From a virus, in the IMG/VR virus record IMGVR_UViG_3300027668_000010, positions 1 to 64,000 of that record: DNA of 64,000 nucleotides; one strand, written 5' to 3'. The notes under the pieces are model-generated. The model saw nothing but the letters and a program-made list of their open reading frames with translations, searched no databases and was not told where the DNA came from. The position numbers and the translations under genes are program-made. Position 1 is the stretch's first letter. The number at the start of each line of letters is the position of its first letter. This document shows positions 36,170-46,689 of the stretch, piece by piece.

Positions 36170-36961
36170 ATGAGTGAAACAATATACATAGGAGATATAC
36201 ATGGTAGAGATGTATGGAGAGATATTGTTGCCAAACACAAAGATGCTGATAACATTGTTTTCATTGGAGATTATTTCGATTCATTTGATATTACATCTGT
36301 AATCCAATTAGATAACATTAAGAAGATAGTAGAGTTCAAAAAGAAGAGAGAATTAGATACTACTAAAAAAGTATATCTCTTAATCGGAAATCACGATATT
36401 CACTATTGGCCAGGGATTAAAGAACGAGGTAGTACATCAGGCTTTCAATCAACTATGTCATTTCAATATGAACAATTCTTTAGAGAAAATGAAAAGTGCT
36501 TTCAAATGTCAGTACTAATCGATAATAGATTATGTACTCATGCTGGGGTTAGTTCTCAATTCTTAAAAGATGTAGGTTTCTATAAGCAAGATAATGTAGA
36601 TGAATCAATGATATCTAATTATCTAAATGAACTGTTTCACCACAAGCCAAATGAATTTACATTCAATGGTTGTTATGATAGAAATAATACAGGCAAAAGC
36701 CCAAATGGACATGGAGATGATGATTGGCAATCACCAATTTGGATTCGACCTCATTCATTACAAAGAGTTAATAAGAATACAGAATTAAAGAAAAATTACA
36801 TTCAAATTGTTGGGCATACTCAACAACATCATATTGATATTAAAGGTAAAACGACCGGTGGTAAGTATTATTATATTGATACACTTCCTATTGGTGAATA
36901 CCTTATCGATACAGATGGTGAATTTAAAATAGGATATACAACAATTGTAAAATACACATAA
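36170..36961 (+). CDS. Calcineurin-like metallophosphoesterase
   Basis: GDIHG, GDYFD, GNHD, HAG, GHT motifs. Confidence 0.92.
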   Translation: MSETIYIGDIHGRDVWRDIVAKHKDADNIVFIGDYFDSFDITSVIQLDNIKKIVEFKKKRELDTTKKVYLLIGNHDIHYWPGIKERGSTSGFQSTMSFQYEQFFRENEKCFQMSVLIDNRLCTHAGVSSQFLKDVGFYKQDNVDESMISNYLNELFHHKPNEFTFNGCYDRNNTGKSPNGHGDDDWQSPIWIRPHSLQRVNKNTELKKNYIQIVGHTQQHHIDIKGKTTGGKYYYIDTLPIGEYLIDTDGEFKIGYTTIVKYT

Positions 36962-36962
36962 G

Positions 36963-37127
36963 ATGATTGAGATTTCACTATTAGAGTTCTATGCTAAATA
37001 TTGTAAAGTAAATGGAAAAGAACCTACCATAACAGATAAGGATAAATGGTTGCTTGAAAATTTAGAGAGTGGCAATATACAAAGAGTATGGACTCGTAAA
37101 TATGGATGGCAATACAAACAATTGTAA
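36963..37127 (+). CDS. Small hypothetical protein (54 aa) between 27-bp direct repeats
   Basis: MIEISLLEFYAKYCKVNGKEP...YKQL; not in ORF track. Confidence 0.45.
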   Translation: MIEISLLEFYAKYCKVNGKEPTITDKDKWLLENLESGNIQRVWTRKYGWQYKQL

Positions 37128-37282
37128 AATACATATAAGATGAGAAAAATAGAAATAGAAATAAGTGAAATATGGGGGCAAATATACCTCCTTCCCTTTA
37201 TAAAGATAACACATGATAAGTTTCTTAACGGAAAATATGAGTTTATAGTAGGGTGGTTAAAATGGGAAGTAATTATAATGTT

Positions 37283-37507
37283 ATGAAAGGAATATTAGAA
37301 TACAATTTAGACGAAAGAGAAGATGAAATGGCAATGAAAAAAGCTATGAAATCATCAGATATGGCAGGATTTATATGGGACTTACAACATAACTTTTGGA
37401 GAAAATGGAAACATGATGAAACTGATTTTAACTTAGAAACATATAGAGAAGCATTGGGTGAGTTATTAGAGAATTACAATATTAACATAGATGAGTTAAT
37501 AGAATAA
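37283..37507 (+). CDS. Hypothetical protein
   Basis: MKGILEYNL..; ATG 37283 preferred over the 37253 start. Confidence 0.6.
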   Translation: MKGILEYNLDEREDEMAMKKAMKSSDMAGFIWDLQHNFWRKWKHDETDFNLETYREALGELLENYNINIDELIE

Positions 37508-37534
37508 AAATTAAAAAAGTTAGATTGAAATTAA

Positions 37535-38785
37535 ATGATTGATTTCCAAAGTGAAGGTTCAATAGTAATGAATAAAGTGTATATGCACCCAATATGGTCG
37601 GATGTACATCTTCACCCTGCGCAAAATAAACTATCATTACTCTACATCTACGATATAGAGGAAAAGCGAGAGGTTGTTATCAACATTGGTAATAGTGATT
37701 ACCATACATCATCCCTAAGTGATATAACATTCGATATAAAGGAGGCAAATGTATTTGGGAAGAAATCCTTCCTAAATATGATAGAACTCCCACAAACGGT
37801 TGAAGCGGGGTTGTACAAATACCTACAAGATAACAAAACCCTAAAAGAATACCCAACATCAGCACATACATTTTATCAGAGAAAGTTTCATAATATGAAA
37901 TGGGTAAATAATTTAATACCTATCACTAAACATATAGAATCTATCAGACAAACAAGAGATGAATTCCTACAGTATTACGATGTAGGTGGGGGAATCGAAA
38001 AAAGTGTGAAGAAATTTGACAATTTCTACATAGAGCCGTTATCCAAAGTAGAAAAAAGTGGGATATGGACAGAGAGTGGGATGGAGTGGACTCAATATCA
38101 TCCGTTTACGTTAACTTCCCGCCCTTCAAACAACTTTGGGGGTATCAACTATGCTGCACTTAACAAAGAAGATGGTAGTAGAGATAGATTTGTGAGTAGA
38201 TTCGATGGGGGTAAATTAATCCAATTTGATTATGATGCATATCATCCTCGTATTATTGGTAAGATGGTAGGAGAACCGATTCCGTTGGATGTGAGTGGAC
38301 ACCAAACCCTAGCAGATATGTATGGGGTATCTTATTCGGAATCAAAACCAATAACGTTTCGTCAATTATATGGTGGTGTTCAAAGTGAGTACTTACATAT
38401 ACCGTTGTTTAAGAAAGTATCACACAAAATAGATAAGATGTGGGTTGAGTTCACACGTAATGGTTACATTATTACTCCAATGGGTAGAAAGCTTGTTAGA
38501 ACGAACCTAAACGATATGAACGCTAATAAACTATTTAATTATGTTTTACAATCAACGGAAACCGAATTAAATATGGTTATACTTTTAAAATTAATGGAGT
38601 TTATGAAAGATATGAAGTCTAAAATGGTTTTATATACATATGATTCATATTTATTGGATATACACCCTACTGAAATTGGGGTATTAAAAGAATTAAAGAT
38701 ACTTATAGAAGTAAATGGCTTTCCAACGAAAGTAGAGGCTGGTAATCGGTATTCAGAGATGAGTTCGGTTGAAATGAATAAATAG
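37535..38785 (+). CDS. Compact, divergent family-A DNA polymerase
   Basis: T.RPSN, motif A FDYDAYHPR, motif B SKPITFRQLYG, NY.LQS, motif C YTYDS. Confidence 0.8.
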   Translation: MIDFQSEGSIVMNKVYMHPIWSDVHLHPAQNKLSLLYIYDIEEKREVVINIGNSDYHTSSLSDITFDIKEANVFGKKSFLNMIELPQTVEAGLYKYLQDNKTLKEYPTSAHTFYQRKFHNMKWVNNLIPITKHIESIRQTRDEFLQYYDVGGGIEKSVKKFDNFYIEPLSKVEKSGIWTESGMEWTQYHPFTLTSRPSNNFGGINYAALNKEDGSRDRFVSRFDGGKLIQFDYDAYHPRIIGKMVGEPIPLDVSGHQTLADMYGVSYSESKPITFRQLYGGVQSEYLHIPLFKKVSHKIDKMWVEFTRNGYIITPMGRKLVRTNLNDMNANKLFNYVLQSTETELNMVILLKLMEFMKDMKSKMVLYTYDSYLLDIHPTEIGVLKELKILIEVNGFPTKVEAGNRYSEMSSVEMNK

Positions 38786-38793
38786 GCAAATAT

Positions 38794-40839
38794 ATGAAAG
38801 ATTTTCTTAAAGAGATTATAAGGTTATGGTGGGTTGAAGCTGGAACTGCATTAAAAAACCCTAAATCAGAGGCATCCATTAAAGCACTTAGAACAATTTT
38901 AAAAGAAGACTTAGATTTTCCTAGTGAAGCCATTGAGTACATAATTGAAAATATAAAAACACCAACAACTCACTTTGCAGCAGATACCAAATCATCATCA
39001 GGAATCAATGTTGGCAAAAATCAATCTGCAGTTTCAGCACAATTACATCCTGATTGGGATGATGACGATTTAAATGAAGATGGTAACGATTTAAATGAAG
39101 CTGAAAAGTTTTCTGCTATAAAGAACGATACTAACAATCGAACTGATTTTGGAAGTCAACAAGCTAAAGATGCAGCAATTGCATTAGGTACACATACAGA
39201 TATTAATAAAGATACCGGTGATGCAGAGGAAGATGATTCTACCGAAGAAGAAACTCCCGAAGACAAATTGGCCAGAGAAAAGGCGGAAGAGAAAGCTGCT
39301 GAACCTGAATTTGATAAAGCTGCTCAAATGGATATGATGACCGCTCTCGAAAAGGATGTGGTTAAAGCAAACGATGATAAAGTTGAAAAAGATACAGCTG
39401 GTGAGAAATCAGAACCACAAGCAAATGGGTATGTAGGTGATAAGGATAAAAGTTTAAAACAAGGTGACCCGATAGAATCTGATGTTTATCAACAAGAGTT
39501 ACCACCTGATGATAAAGAGTTTACAGAAAAGAATAAAAAGTTTGCAAACCCAATCCCACCCGAACCATATAAAATGCCGGATTTCTTAAATGATAATCCT
39601 AAATTCCCTAAGAAATATGTTAAGGCATTAGAACGTATGATGAATACACAGCCAAAGGGTGATGCTACTAAATGGGGGCATTTTTCTGATATAGAGGGTG
39701 GAGCCGGTCAAATCTCAGCACAAGCTGGTGAGTTAATGACTATGATGGGTTCTACTATGAGTGATGATGAGTGGAATGAATTTTCTAACTCAATTCTTAA
39801 ACATGATGATGATTTCAATAAAGCTAATCCAAAACTTAAAGCTTCTAAACATAAGATAGTTGATAAAACGTGGGTAAAGGCAGCAACACAAAGTAGAAAA
39901 GCAATTAAGGATAGATTAACTGCTCAATATGGTGAAGGTGTTGAAATTGTAGCAGGTGCGTGGGATACACAATCTGATGTAGAAGCCATGGGATTATCAG
40001 ATTATGAAAAAAACAAAGGATTTTCAACTGATATGTATCTTAAAGTAAGAAAGTCTAATGGTGAAGAAGTTTTAGATGAGGTATCATTAAAAAAATCAAC
40101 TAAAGTAAACTTCCTAAATTCAGGAGCTGGTGAATTTGCAAAATGGGATAAAAACTTACCTGATGAAATTAATCAATCCGTATATAGAGATAAAGCTAGA
40201 GCTCGTAATATATCAGTTGTTAATGAAAATAGAGCTGAAATTGAAAAGTTATTAAAATCACCTGAAGGTGCATCATTAAATGCTTTACTTAAATCTAAAA
40301 AGATGAATTTGGATGATGCATTACAGGGTAACTCTAGAGCTAAACAAAAAGTTCTATGGACTGCTATTAATGAATTAGCTAAAAACGGAAACAAAGGTGC
40401 ACAATCTACTGTAGATACTGATGATAAAGCACATAGACAGTTTCAAGCTGATTCGGTTAAAGCAATTACTGAAAATCCAAAAATGAAAGAGGGTATGTTG
40501 AATACCATTAAAAATGAGTTTCCATTAAAAGCTGTAAGTGATGGTGAAGAAACTATGGCCATCGGACCAAACTCATTAGATAAGAAAACGATGAAAGAGA
40601 TATTTGGTACTGATGATTATAGTATATTAAAAGAGAACTTAGTTGCTGAAGATGGACCACCACCATTTATTGGATATAAAATAGAAACTTCAGGTGAAGT
40701 ATTCGCAATTGCAGATATTGTTATTAGAGAAGATGGACGTGGTTATGGTGGTCAATTTAAATTTGAAATGCAGTTGAATCAAAAATCATTTGCAAAACGA
40801 CTGGAACAAGCACAAGCAGATGTTTACGGTGATAACTAA
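38794..40839 (+). CDS. Large acidic hypothetical protein (possibly head-internal)
   Basis: 681-aa ORF; LNE motifs and acidic linker; STD.Y...EVSLKK weakly PD-(D/E)xK-like. Confidence 0.55.
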   Translation: MKDFLKEIIRLWWVEAGTALKNPKSEASIKALRTILKEDLDFPSEAIEYIIENIKTPTTHFAADTKSSSGINVGKNQSAVSAQLHPDWDDDDLNEDGNDLNEAEKFSAIKNDTNNRTDFGSQQAKDAAIALGTHTDINKDTGDAEEDDSTEEETPEDKLAREKAEEKAAEPEFDKAAQMDMMTALEKDVVKANDDKVEKDTAGEKSEPQANGYVGDKDKSLKQGDPIESDVYQQELPPDDKEFTEKNKKFANPIPPEPYKMPDFLNDNPKFPKKYVKALERMMNTQPKGDATKWGHFSDIEGGAGQISAQAGELMTMMGSTMSDDEWNEFSNSILKHDDDFNKANPKLKASKHKIVDKTWVKAATQSRKAIKDRLTAQYGEGVEIVAGAWDTQSDVEAMGLSDYEKNKGFSTDMYLKVRKSNGEEVLDEVSLKKSTKVNFLNSGAGEFAKWDKNLPDEINQSVYRDKARARNISVVNENRAEIEKLLKSPEGASLNALLKSKKMNLDDALQGNSRAKQKVLWTAINELAKNGNKGAQSTVDTDDKAHRQFQADSVKAITENPKMKEGMLNTIKNEFPLKAVSDGEETMAIGPNSLDKKTMKEIFGTDDYSILKENLVAEDGPPPFIGYKIETSGEVFAIADIVIREDGRGYGGQFKFEMQLNQKSFAKRLEQAQADVYGDN

Positions 40840-40854
40840 ATACGGAGAGAATGA

Positions 40855-41244
40855 GTGAGAACACAACTATTATGTAGCTTTACCGATGAGAATTCATTTG
40901 AGGGGTTATTAGAAACTATATTTAAAAAGTACGAAATATTCAGTAGAAAGATATTCATATTAAAGTTAGACCCTTCTAAAGAATTGGTGATAAGTTATAA
41001 TATAATACCAAATGTTAATTCAGAGTTTTTACCAAGTACTATAATGGTACATCGAAAGCAGGAAAGTAACACTCTATACACTATTAATTCATTAAACAGT
41101 TTGATATTAGACTTAAACAATGGTAAGGTAGATAACGAATACCAAGTAGATTGGCAGAATTACAAAAATTCAATGGTTCTGACTGATGGGGGTGGGTATA
41201 AGATAATGAAAACACACTTATTCAGAATAGTCAACGTTAATTAA
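40855..41244 (+). CDS. Conserved hypothetical protein
   Basis: QLLC.F, HRK.E.NTLYTIN.LN, W..Y.N; GGAG upstream of GTG. Confidence 0.65.
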   Translation: MRTQLLCSFTDENSFEGLLETIFKKYEIFSRKIFILKLDPSKELVISYNIIPNVNSEFLPSTIMVHRKQESNTLYTINSLNSLILDLNNGKVDNEYQVDWQNYKNSMVLTDGGGYKIMKTHLFRIVNVN

Positions 41245-41343
41245 AATAATTTAATATTTATTAACATAAAAGACCAGCATAATTTGGTAAATCCAATTAA
41301 ATGTTGTATATTTACAAAGTAAAGAAATCAAAAGGATAACACT

Positions 41344-41733
41344 ATGGCAAATTTAAATGAAAACAGACGTTTAATGGAAGCGCAAATCAAATCATTAAGA
41401 AATATCAACGAAGCTTTGGGGATGACCAAAGGGAAAGATAACAGACTAATGAAAGATTTAGAAAATATCATAGGTAATGAAGTTGAGTATACTACTAAAA
41501 AGAACGGTAGAGTATCAGTTATCACATCATTTAGTGTACCTGGTGGAAAAAACAAATTGGAAGTTGAAGAAGATATGGATGGAATGTGGGTTGTAACATT
41601 GAGAGCTAAGAAAGGTATGAAAATATGGGCTAATGAGTTCGATTTTGGATTTAGTGATATCAAAGATGAAGAAACTGCAATGAAAGCTGCAATGAAAATG
41701 GCTAAAAAGCACAAAGGTGCATTCGCTTACTAA
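41344..41733 (+). CDS. Hypothetical protein
   Basis: Preceded by promoter TTTG 41283-N20-TATATTTA 41307. Confidence 0.65.
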   Translation: MANLNENRRLMEAQIKSLRNINEALGMTKGKDNRLMKDLENIIGNEVEYTTKKNGRVSVITSFSVPGGKNKLEVEEDMDGMWVVTLRAKKGMKIWANEFDFGFSDIKDEETAMKAAMKMAKKHKGAFAY

Positions 41734-41821
41734 AAAGAAATTACAAAATATATACAGAAAGGATTGGTTAATCCAAGTTCTTTCCGTATATTTACAAACC
41801 AAATGGGTTATAATCACATCA

Positions 41822-41956
41822 ATGAGTAAAGTACCTACTAAAGCAGTTATAAATACCGCAGAATGGCCTAAATGTGTATATTGTAAAGAATCAATACCGG
41901 TAGGATTACAACTCAAAAGAATATGTTTAAAGTGTTTAGGTAATAAAAATAAGTAA
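41822..41956 (+). CDS. Small C4 zinc-finger protein (DksA/TraR-finger-like)
   Basis: CVYCKESIP......ICLKC; promoter 41763-41794. Confidence 0.45.
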   Translation: MSKVPTKAVINTAEWPKCVYCKESIPVGLQLKRICLKCLGNKNK

Positions 41957-42019
41957 AATAAATTAAAAAAAACAACAAAACATTAGGAATATCCAAATTA
42001 ATGTTGTATATTTACAAAG

Positions 42020-42176
42020 TAATGATTGAGAGATGTACTCTTTCAGCCTTACAGATGTATTGGTTATTTAGAATTGGCGTAAAGTTCGCCCTTAGTAAAA
42101 TAAATAATCGGTGGTTTTAAATCCACTATAAAAAATTAAGACCAGGTCAACGTATGGGTTTAAATTAACGTTGAAA
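42020..42176 (+). ncRNA. Candidate structured ncRNA
   Basis: Own promoter (41983-42014), several stems, second promoter downstream for ssb. Confidence 0.4.
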
Positions 42177-42267
42177 AATAATAAATGAAATATAATTAGG
42201 AAATTAGAAATAGTTTTCGTATATTTGTTTAAATAATAATAATTAATAACTAAAAACATAGTAAATT

Positions 42268-43074
42268 ATGGCAATTGATTTAAATGCAATTCGAAACAGA
42301 CTAGACAGTCTACAAACAAAGGTAACAAAAACAGATAACCTTTGGAAGCCGAAGCCCGGCAAACAGCAAGTAAGAATAGTACCTTACATCCACAACGAAT
42401 CCAATCCGTTTATTGAACTTTTCTTCCATTATGGTTTTGGTGGTAAGAATATTCTTTCACCCCAAACACATGGTGAAGCAGACCCATTAGTAGAGTTCGC
42501 TCAACAACTAAAGGCGACTGGTGATAGAAACGATTGGAATTTATCAAAAGATTTAACACCCAAAATGAGAACTTATGTTCCCGTTGTAGTTCGTGGTGAA
42601 GAATCAGAAGGAGTTAAGTTTTGGGGATTCGGTAAAACCGTATATCAAGAACTACTTGCTTTCTTTGCAGACCCAGACTATGGTGATTTAACAGACCCGA
42701 TTAGTGGTAGAGATATCACCGTTGAGTTTAAGACAGCAAAGGAGTTAGGTAAGAACTATCCTGAAACTTATATCAGAGTTAAACCAAATCAAACACCTAT
42801 TTCAGAAGATAAGAATGTTTTGACAATGTTGAAAGACCAAATTGAACTTCCTGGTATGTTCAAAAAATATGATTATGATGAAATGAAAGGTTTATTGGAA
42901 ACTTGGATGGAAACTGGGAAAGTTGGTGAAGATACGGAATCTGAAACTCAACCTACTCAAACAGAATCACCATTTAAAGGTGATACCCCACAAACATCAG
43001 CACCACAATCATCAGCACCTTCTTCGAAGGCAGCAGATGTAAAGGATGCATTTGATGATTTATTTAATAACTAA
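42268..43074 (+). CDS. Single-stranded DNA-binding protein (gp32-like)
   Basis: WKP..G...VRI.P, GVKFWGFGK.VYQ, D.TD...GRD, acidic FDDLF tail; upstream of recA. Confidence 0.85.
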   Translation: MAIDLNAIRNRLDSLQTKVTKTDNLWKPKPGKQQVRIVPYIHNESNPFIELFFHYGFGGKNILSPQTHGEADPLVEFAQQLKATGDRNDWNLSKDLTPKMRTYVPVVVRGEESEGVKFWGFGKTVYQELLAFFADPDYGDLTDPISGRDITVEFKTAKELGKNYPETYIRVKPNQTPISEDKNVLTMLKDQIELPGMFKKYDYDEMKGLLETWMETGKVGEDTESETQPTQTESPFKGDTPQTSAPQSSAPSSKAADVKDAFDDLFNN

Positions 43075-43083
43075 AATTAGGAT

Positions 43084-44205
43084 ATGGCAACGAAACGTGA
43101 TGAATTATCTTCACTTCTCGCCAGTAATCTTAATAAAAAGTTCAAAGGACAGGCACAAGCTGCATATTTCTTAGATGGCTCAGAACAGACACCCACCGAT
43201 TTAACGGAGTGGGTGTCTACTGGGGATGATATGTTAGATTTAGCAATATCGAATCGACCGAATGGTGGGTTTCCTGTTGGACGAATAGTTGAGGTTACGG
43301 GTTTAGAAGCGAGTGGAAAATCTCTATTATCTGCACATACATTAGCAAACTGCCAGAAGAAGGGTGGGTTAGCAGTATACATAGATACAGAGAACGCTAT
43401 CAATCAAGAGTTTTTAGAAGCATTAGGTGTTGATACCGCAAAGTTACTTTATGTACCTTTGGAAACGGTAGAAGATATCTTTGATGCTATGGATTCGATT
43501 ATTGAATCAGTAAGAAAATCTGATAAGAAACGATTAGTAACAATTGTAGTTGATTCAGTAGCAGCTGCTACCACTAAGGTAGAACTTGCTGCAGATTATG
43601 ACCAAGCGGGTTATGCAACCCAAAAGGCTATAATCATTTCAAAAGCAATGAGAAAGATTACAAATCTTATCGGAAGAGAAAGAATCTTAGTGGTATTTAC
43701 AAATCAACTGAGAGTTAGAATGGGAGTATCCTTTGGAGACCCATATACAACATCAGGTGGTAAAGCATTAGGGTTTCACGCATCTTGTAGATTGAGAATG
43801 AAACAGATGGGTAAACTTAACGCTAAAATCGGTGGGGTTGAACAAGCAGTTGGTATTAAGACTAGAGTTCAGGTTATTAAAAACCGAATGGGACCACCAT
43901 TACGTTCAATAGATTTTGAAATATATTTTGATAGGGGAATTGATAGATATGCTTCATGGCTTAACACTATGAAAACATATAAGTTACTAGAACAAGGTGG
44001 TGCATGGTACACATGGACTTCCAAAGAGACTGGTGAGATTATTAAATTCCAAGCAAAAGATTTTCAAGGTAAATTGGATGAGAAGCCAGAGATAAAGGAG
44101 GAAATGTATAAACAAATTTGTGATGCATATATTTTAGGATACAAAGAAGCATCCGAAAACGCAAACACAGATACAACCCAATTAGATGATACACACGAAA
44201 TATAA
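43084..44205 (+). CDS. recA: RecA/UvsX recombinase
   Basis: GLEASGKS, YIDTENA, VVDSVAA, FTNQLR, TSGGKALGFHAS, KNRMGPP. Confidence 0.95.
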   Translation: MATKRDELSSLLASNLNKKFKGQAQAAYFLDGSEQTPTDLTEWVSTGDDMLDLAISNRPNGGFPVGRIVEVTGLEASGKSLLSAHTLANCQKKGGLAVYIDTENAINQEFLEALGVDTAKLLYVPLETVEDIFDAMDSIIESVRKSDKKRLVTIVVDSVAAATTKVELAADYDQAGYATQKAIIISKAMRKITNLIGRERILVVFTNQLRVRMGVSFGDPYTTSGGKALGFHASCRLRMKQMGKLNAKIGGVEQAVGIKTRVQVIKNRMGPPLRSIDFEIYFDRGIDRYASWLNTMKTYKLLEQGGAWYTWTSKETGEIIKFQAKDFQGKLDEKPEIKEEMYKQICDAYILGYKEASENANTDTTQLDDTHEI

Positions 44206-45223
44206 AGAAATGGTTGACAATCTATCAGAAACAAAACATGGTGATGTTAATGATAAAGTAATGATTGTTGATGGATTGAATATGTTTATCAGATGTTTTG
44301 GGGCAGTTCCAACTTTAAATGATGATGGGAATCACGTCGGTGGGGTAACAGGTTTTCTGTTATCCCTCGGCGCTCTTATCCGAAACAATAAACCTACCAG
44401 GGTTTTTATGGTATTTGATGGAAAGGGTGGTTCTACTCGTAGAAAGAAAATGTATAAAGGTTATAAGGAAGGTAGAACTGGAATGACTAAAGTAAACAGA
44501 TTAGCTGGATACGAAGATTTAGAAGACCAGAGAGAATCTATGAAGAATCAATTCAATACGTTGATGAGATACTTAGATTTACTTCCAATCGATGTATGTT
44601 TTGTAGATTACGTTGAGGCTGATGATATTATGGCATATGCTGCAAAGCATGTATTCAAAAAAGAAGTTTTGATAGTATCATCTGATAAGGACTTTCTACA
44701 ATTAGTGGATGATAGGATATCAGTATGGCAACCGATAAAGAAAAAGATGATGTACAAAGATGATGTTCAAAAATTATATGGAGTTCCATCAAAGAACTTA
44801 GTGTATTTCAGAATCTTCGATGGGGATAAATCAGATAATATTCCAGGTGTTAAGGGTGTAGGTCCTAAAACAATTTTAAATAAGTTACCATTCCTTCAAG
44901 AAGATAATATGAGTATGGAGAAATTGTTTGAAAATGTAGAGAAGCTTGATGATGAGAAGTTAAAGGCAAAAATAATGAATAGTAAAGATGTATTAACATT
45001 GAACTACGATTTAATGCAGTTAAAAGAACCAGATATGTTGAGTGCAGCAATAACCTCAACAGTCCGTAGCATGATAGATTCACCAATTGAAGGATTAAAC
45101 TCATTTCAGTTCAAAAAAGATTTTATGGTTGATAAACTATACACTGCTTTTAAGAATATAGAGGTATGGTTATCAAACACTTGGACCGAATTAGACACCT
45201 ATTCAAAACAAACTAGAAAATAG
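44186..45223 (+). CDS. 5'-3' exonuclease/flap endonuclease (T4 RNase H or Pol I N-terminal type)
   Basis: VDGLN, VFDG, YK.GR, EADD, SSDKDFLQL, GDKSDNIPGVKGVGPKT. Confidence 0.93.
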   Translation: MIHTKYKEMVDNLSETKHGDVNDKVMIVDGLNMFIRCFGAVPTLNDDGNHVGGVTGFLLSLGALIRNNKPTRVFMVFDGKGGSTRRKKMYKGYKEGRTGMTKVNRLAGYEDLEDQRESMKNQFNTLMRYLDLLPIDVCFVDYVEADDIMAYAAKHVFKKEVLIVSSDKDFLQLVDDRISVWQPIKKKMMYKDDVQKLYGVPSKNLVYFRIFDGDKSDNIPGVKGVGPKTILNKLPFLQEDNMSMEKLFENVEKLDDEKLKAKIMNSKDVLTLNYDLMQLKEPDMLSAAITSTVRSMIDSPIEGLNSFQFKKDFMVDKLYTAFKNIEVWLSNTWTELDTYSKQTRK

Positions 45224-45275
45224 CTTGTTAGTTTAGAATAAAAGTCGTATATTTACAAAGTACTAATAAAAAACT

Positions 45276-46634
45276 ATGGATACATTCGGGCAGAAATTTG
45301 GGACTAGCTTTCAAATAAAAATAATATCAGCGTTATTATCTGATAGAATATTCCTACAAACGGTATATGATATCTTAAAGCCTGAGGCGTTCGATTCGGA
45401 GGCTAATGAGTGGTTAGTAAAGATAATACTAAAACATTTTGATGAATTTTCCAAATTACCCACCTTAGATGTATTCAAAGTTGAAATAGATAAGGTACAA
45501 AGGGATGTACTAAAACAAACGGTTTTAGATAACTTAAAGCAAGTTTGGAATAAGTTAGAATCTGATGATTTAGAGTATGTTAAGGAACAAACGTTGGAGT
45601 TTTGTAAAAACCAAAACTTTAAGGGTGCTATCTTAGAATCTGTTCAATTACTTGAAGAAGGTAAGTTTGATGTTATCAAAGAAAAGATTGATAACGCTAT
45701 GAAATCAGGTCAAGATACTGATATCGGACATGAGTACAAAGCTGATGTTAAACAAAGGTATGAAGAAAACATTAGAAATGTTATTCCGACTGGATGGGAT
45801 GTTGTTGATGAATTAGTTGATGGTGGGTTTGGAAAGGGTGAACTTATACTATTTGCGGCACCTCCGGGTATTGGTAAATCTTGGGCATTAATTAATGTTG
45901 GGATGGCAGCTGTAAAAGCTGGTAAAACTGTGGTTCATTATACATTAGAGTTAAACGAAGGTTATGTAGGTCAGAGATATGATGCTATACTAACAGGTAC
46001 AGCAGTACCTAACCTAAAATATAACATCGAAGAAGTAGAACGACAGGTTTCTAATTTATCAGGTGAATTGATAGTTAAGTATTGGCCTACTAAATCTGCT
46101 GGATTGAACGCAATAAGAGCGAGTCTTGATAAATTAACATTGCAGGGTAAGAAACCTGATGTGATAATTTGTGATTACGCAGATTTATTATTGGGTAATA
46201 GTAGAAAAGAACGACACGAAGAGTTGGAAGAGTTAGTAGAAGGATTACGAGGTATTGCTGGTGAATATGAATGTCCGTTATATACAGCATCACAAATTAA
46301 TCGAAGTGGAGCAGATGCAGATGTTATTACAGGCACATCAATAGCAGGTTCATTCTCAAAATTGATGACTGCTGATTTTGTGGTATCATTGAGTAGAAAG
46401 ATTGAAGATAAATTAGCAGGAACGGGTCGATGGCACGTAATTAAAAACAGATTTGGGCCAGATGGAATGACTCTACCATCTAAAGCAAATATGAGTAATG
46501 GTAGGATGGATATTTATTCAGATGATAGCATTGATGGTAAAAAAACTCAAAGTGATATGAATAAAGGTGAATCATTAGTTCGTAAGAATTTATTACAAAA
46601 ATACAACGAATTAAAAACAGATACCGATTTTTAA
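45276..46634 (+). CDS. Replicative DnaB-like helicase (gp41-like)
   Basis: APPGIGKS, HYTLEL, DYADL, TASQINR, KNRFGPDG. Confidence 0.93.
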   Translation: MDTFGQKFGTSFQIKIISALLSDRIFLQTVYDILKPEAFDSEANEWLVKIILKHFDEFSKLPTLDVFKVEIDKVQRDVLKQTVLDNLKQVWNKLESDDLEYVKEQTLEFCKNQNFKGAILESVQLLEEGKFDVIKEKIDNAMKSGQDTDIGHEYKADVKQRYEENIRNVIPTGWDVVDELVDGGFGKGELILFAAPPGIGKSWALINVGMAAVKAGKTVVHYTLELNEGYVGQRYDAILTGTAVPNLKYNIEEVERQVSNLSGELIVKYWPTKSAGLNAIRASLDKLTLQGKKPDVIICDYADLLLGNSRKERHEELEELVEGLRGIAGEYECPLYTASQINRSGADADVITGTSIAGSFSKLMTADFVVSLSRKIEDKLAGTGRWHVIKNRFGPDGMTLPSKANMSNGRMDIYSDDSIDGKKTQSDMNKGESLVRKNLLQKYNELKTDTDF

Positions 46635-46689
46635 TCTATATTTATTATCACCCCAAATAAGTTAAATTAACAAAATTAAAAGGAAAAGA

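Noticed and set aside
41717-41821. N-terminal extensions given by the ORF track (41717, also 18308, 58422, 59395, 60772)
   Set aside because: They overlap upstream genes or promoter boxes; downstream ATGs fit better
42020-42176. tRNA or tmRNA
   Set aside because: No cloverleaf, T-loop GTTC motif or CCA acceptor arrangement; kept only as an unknown ncRNA candidate
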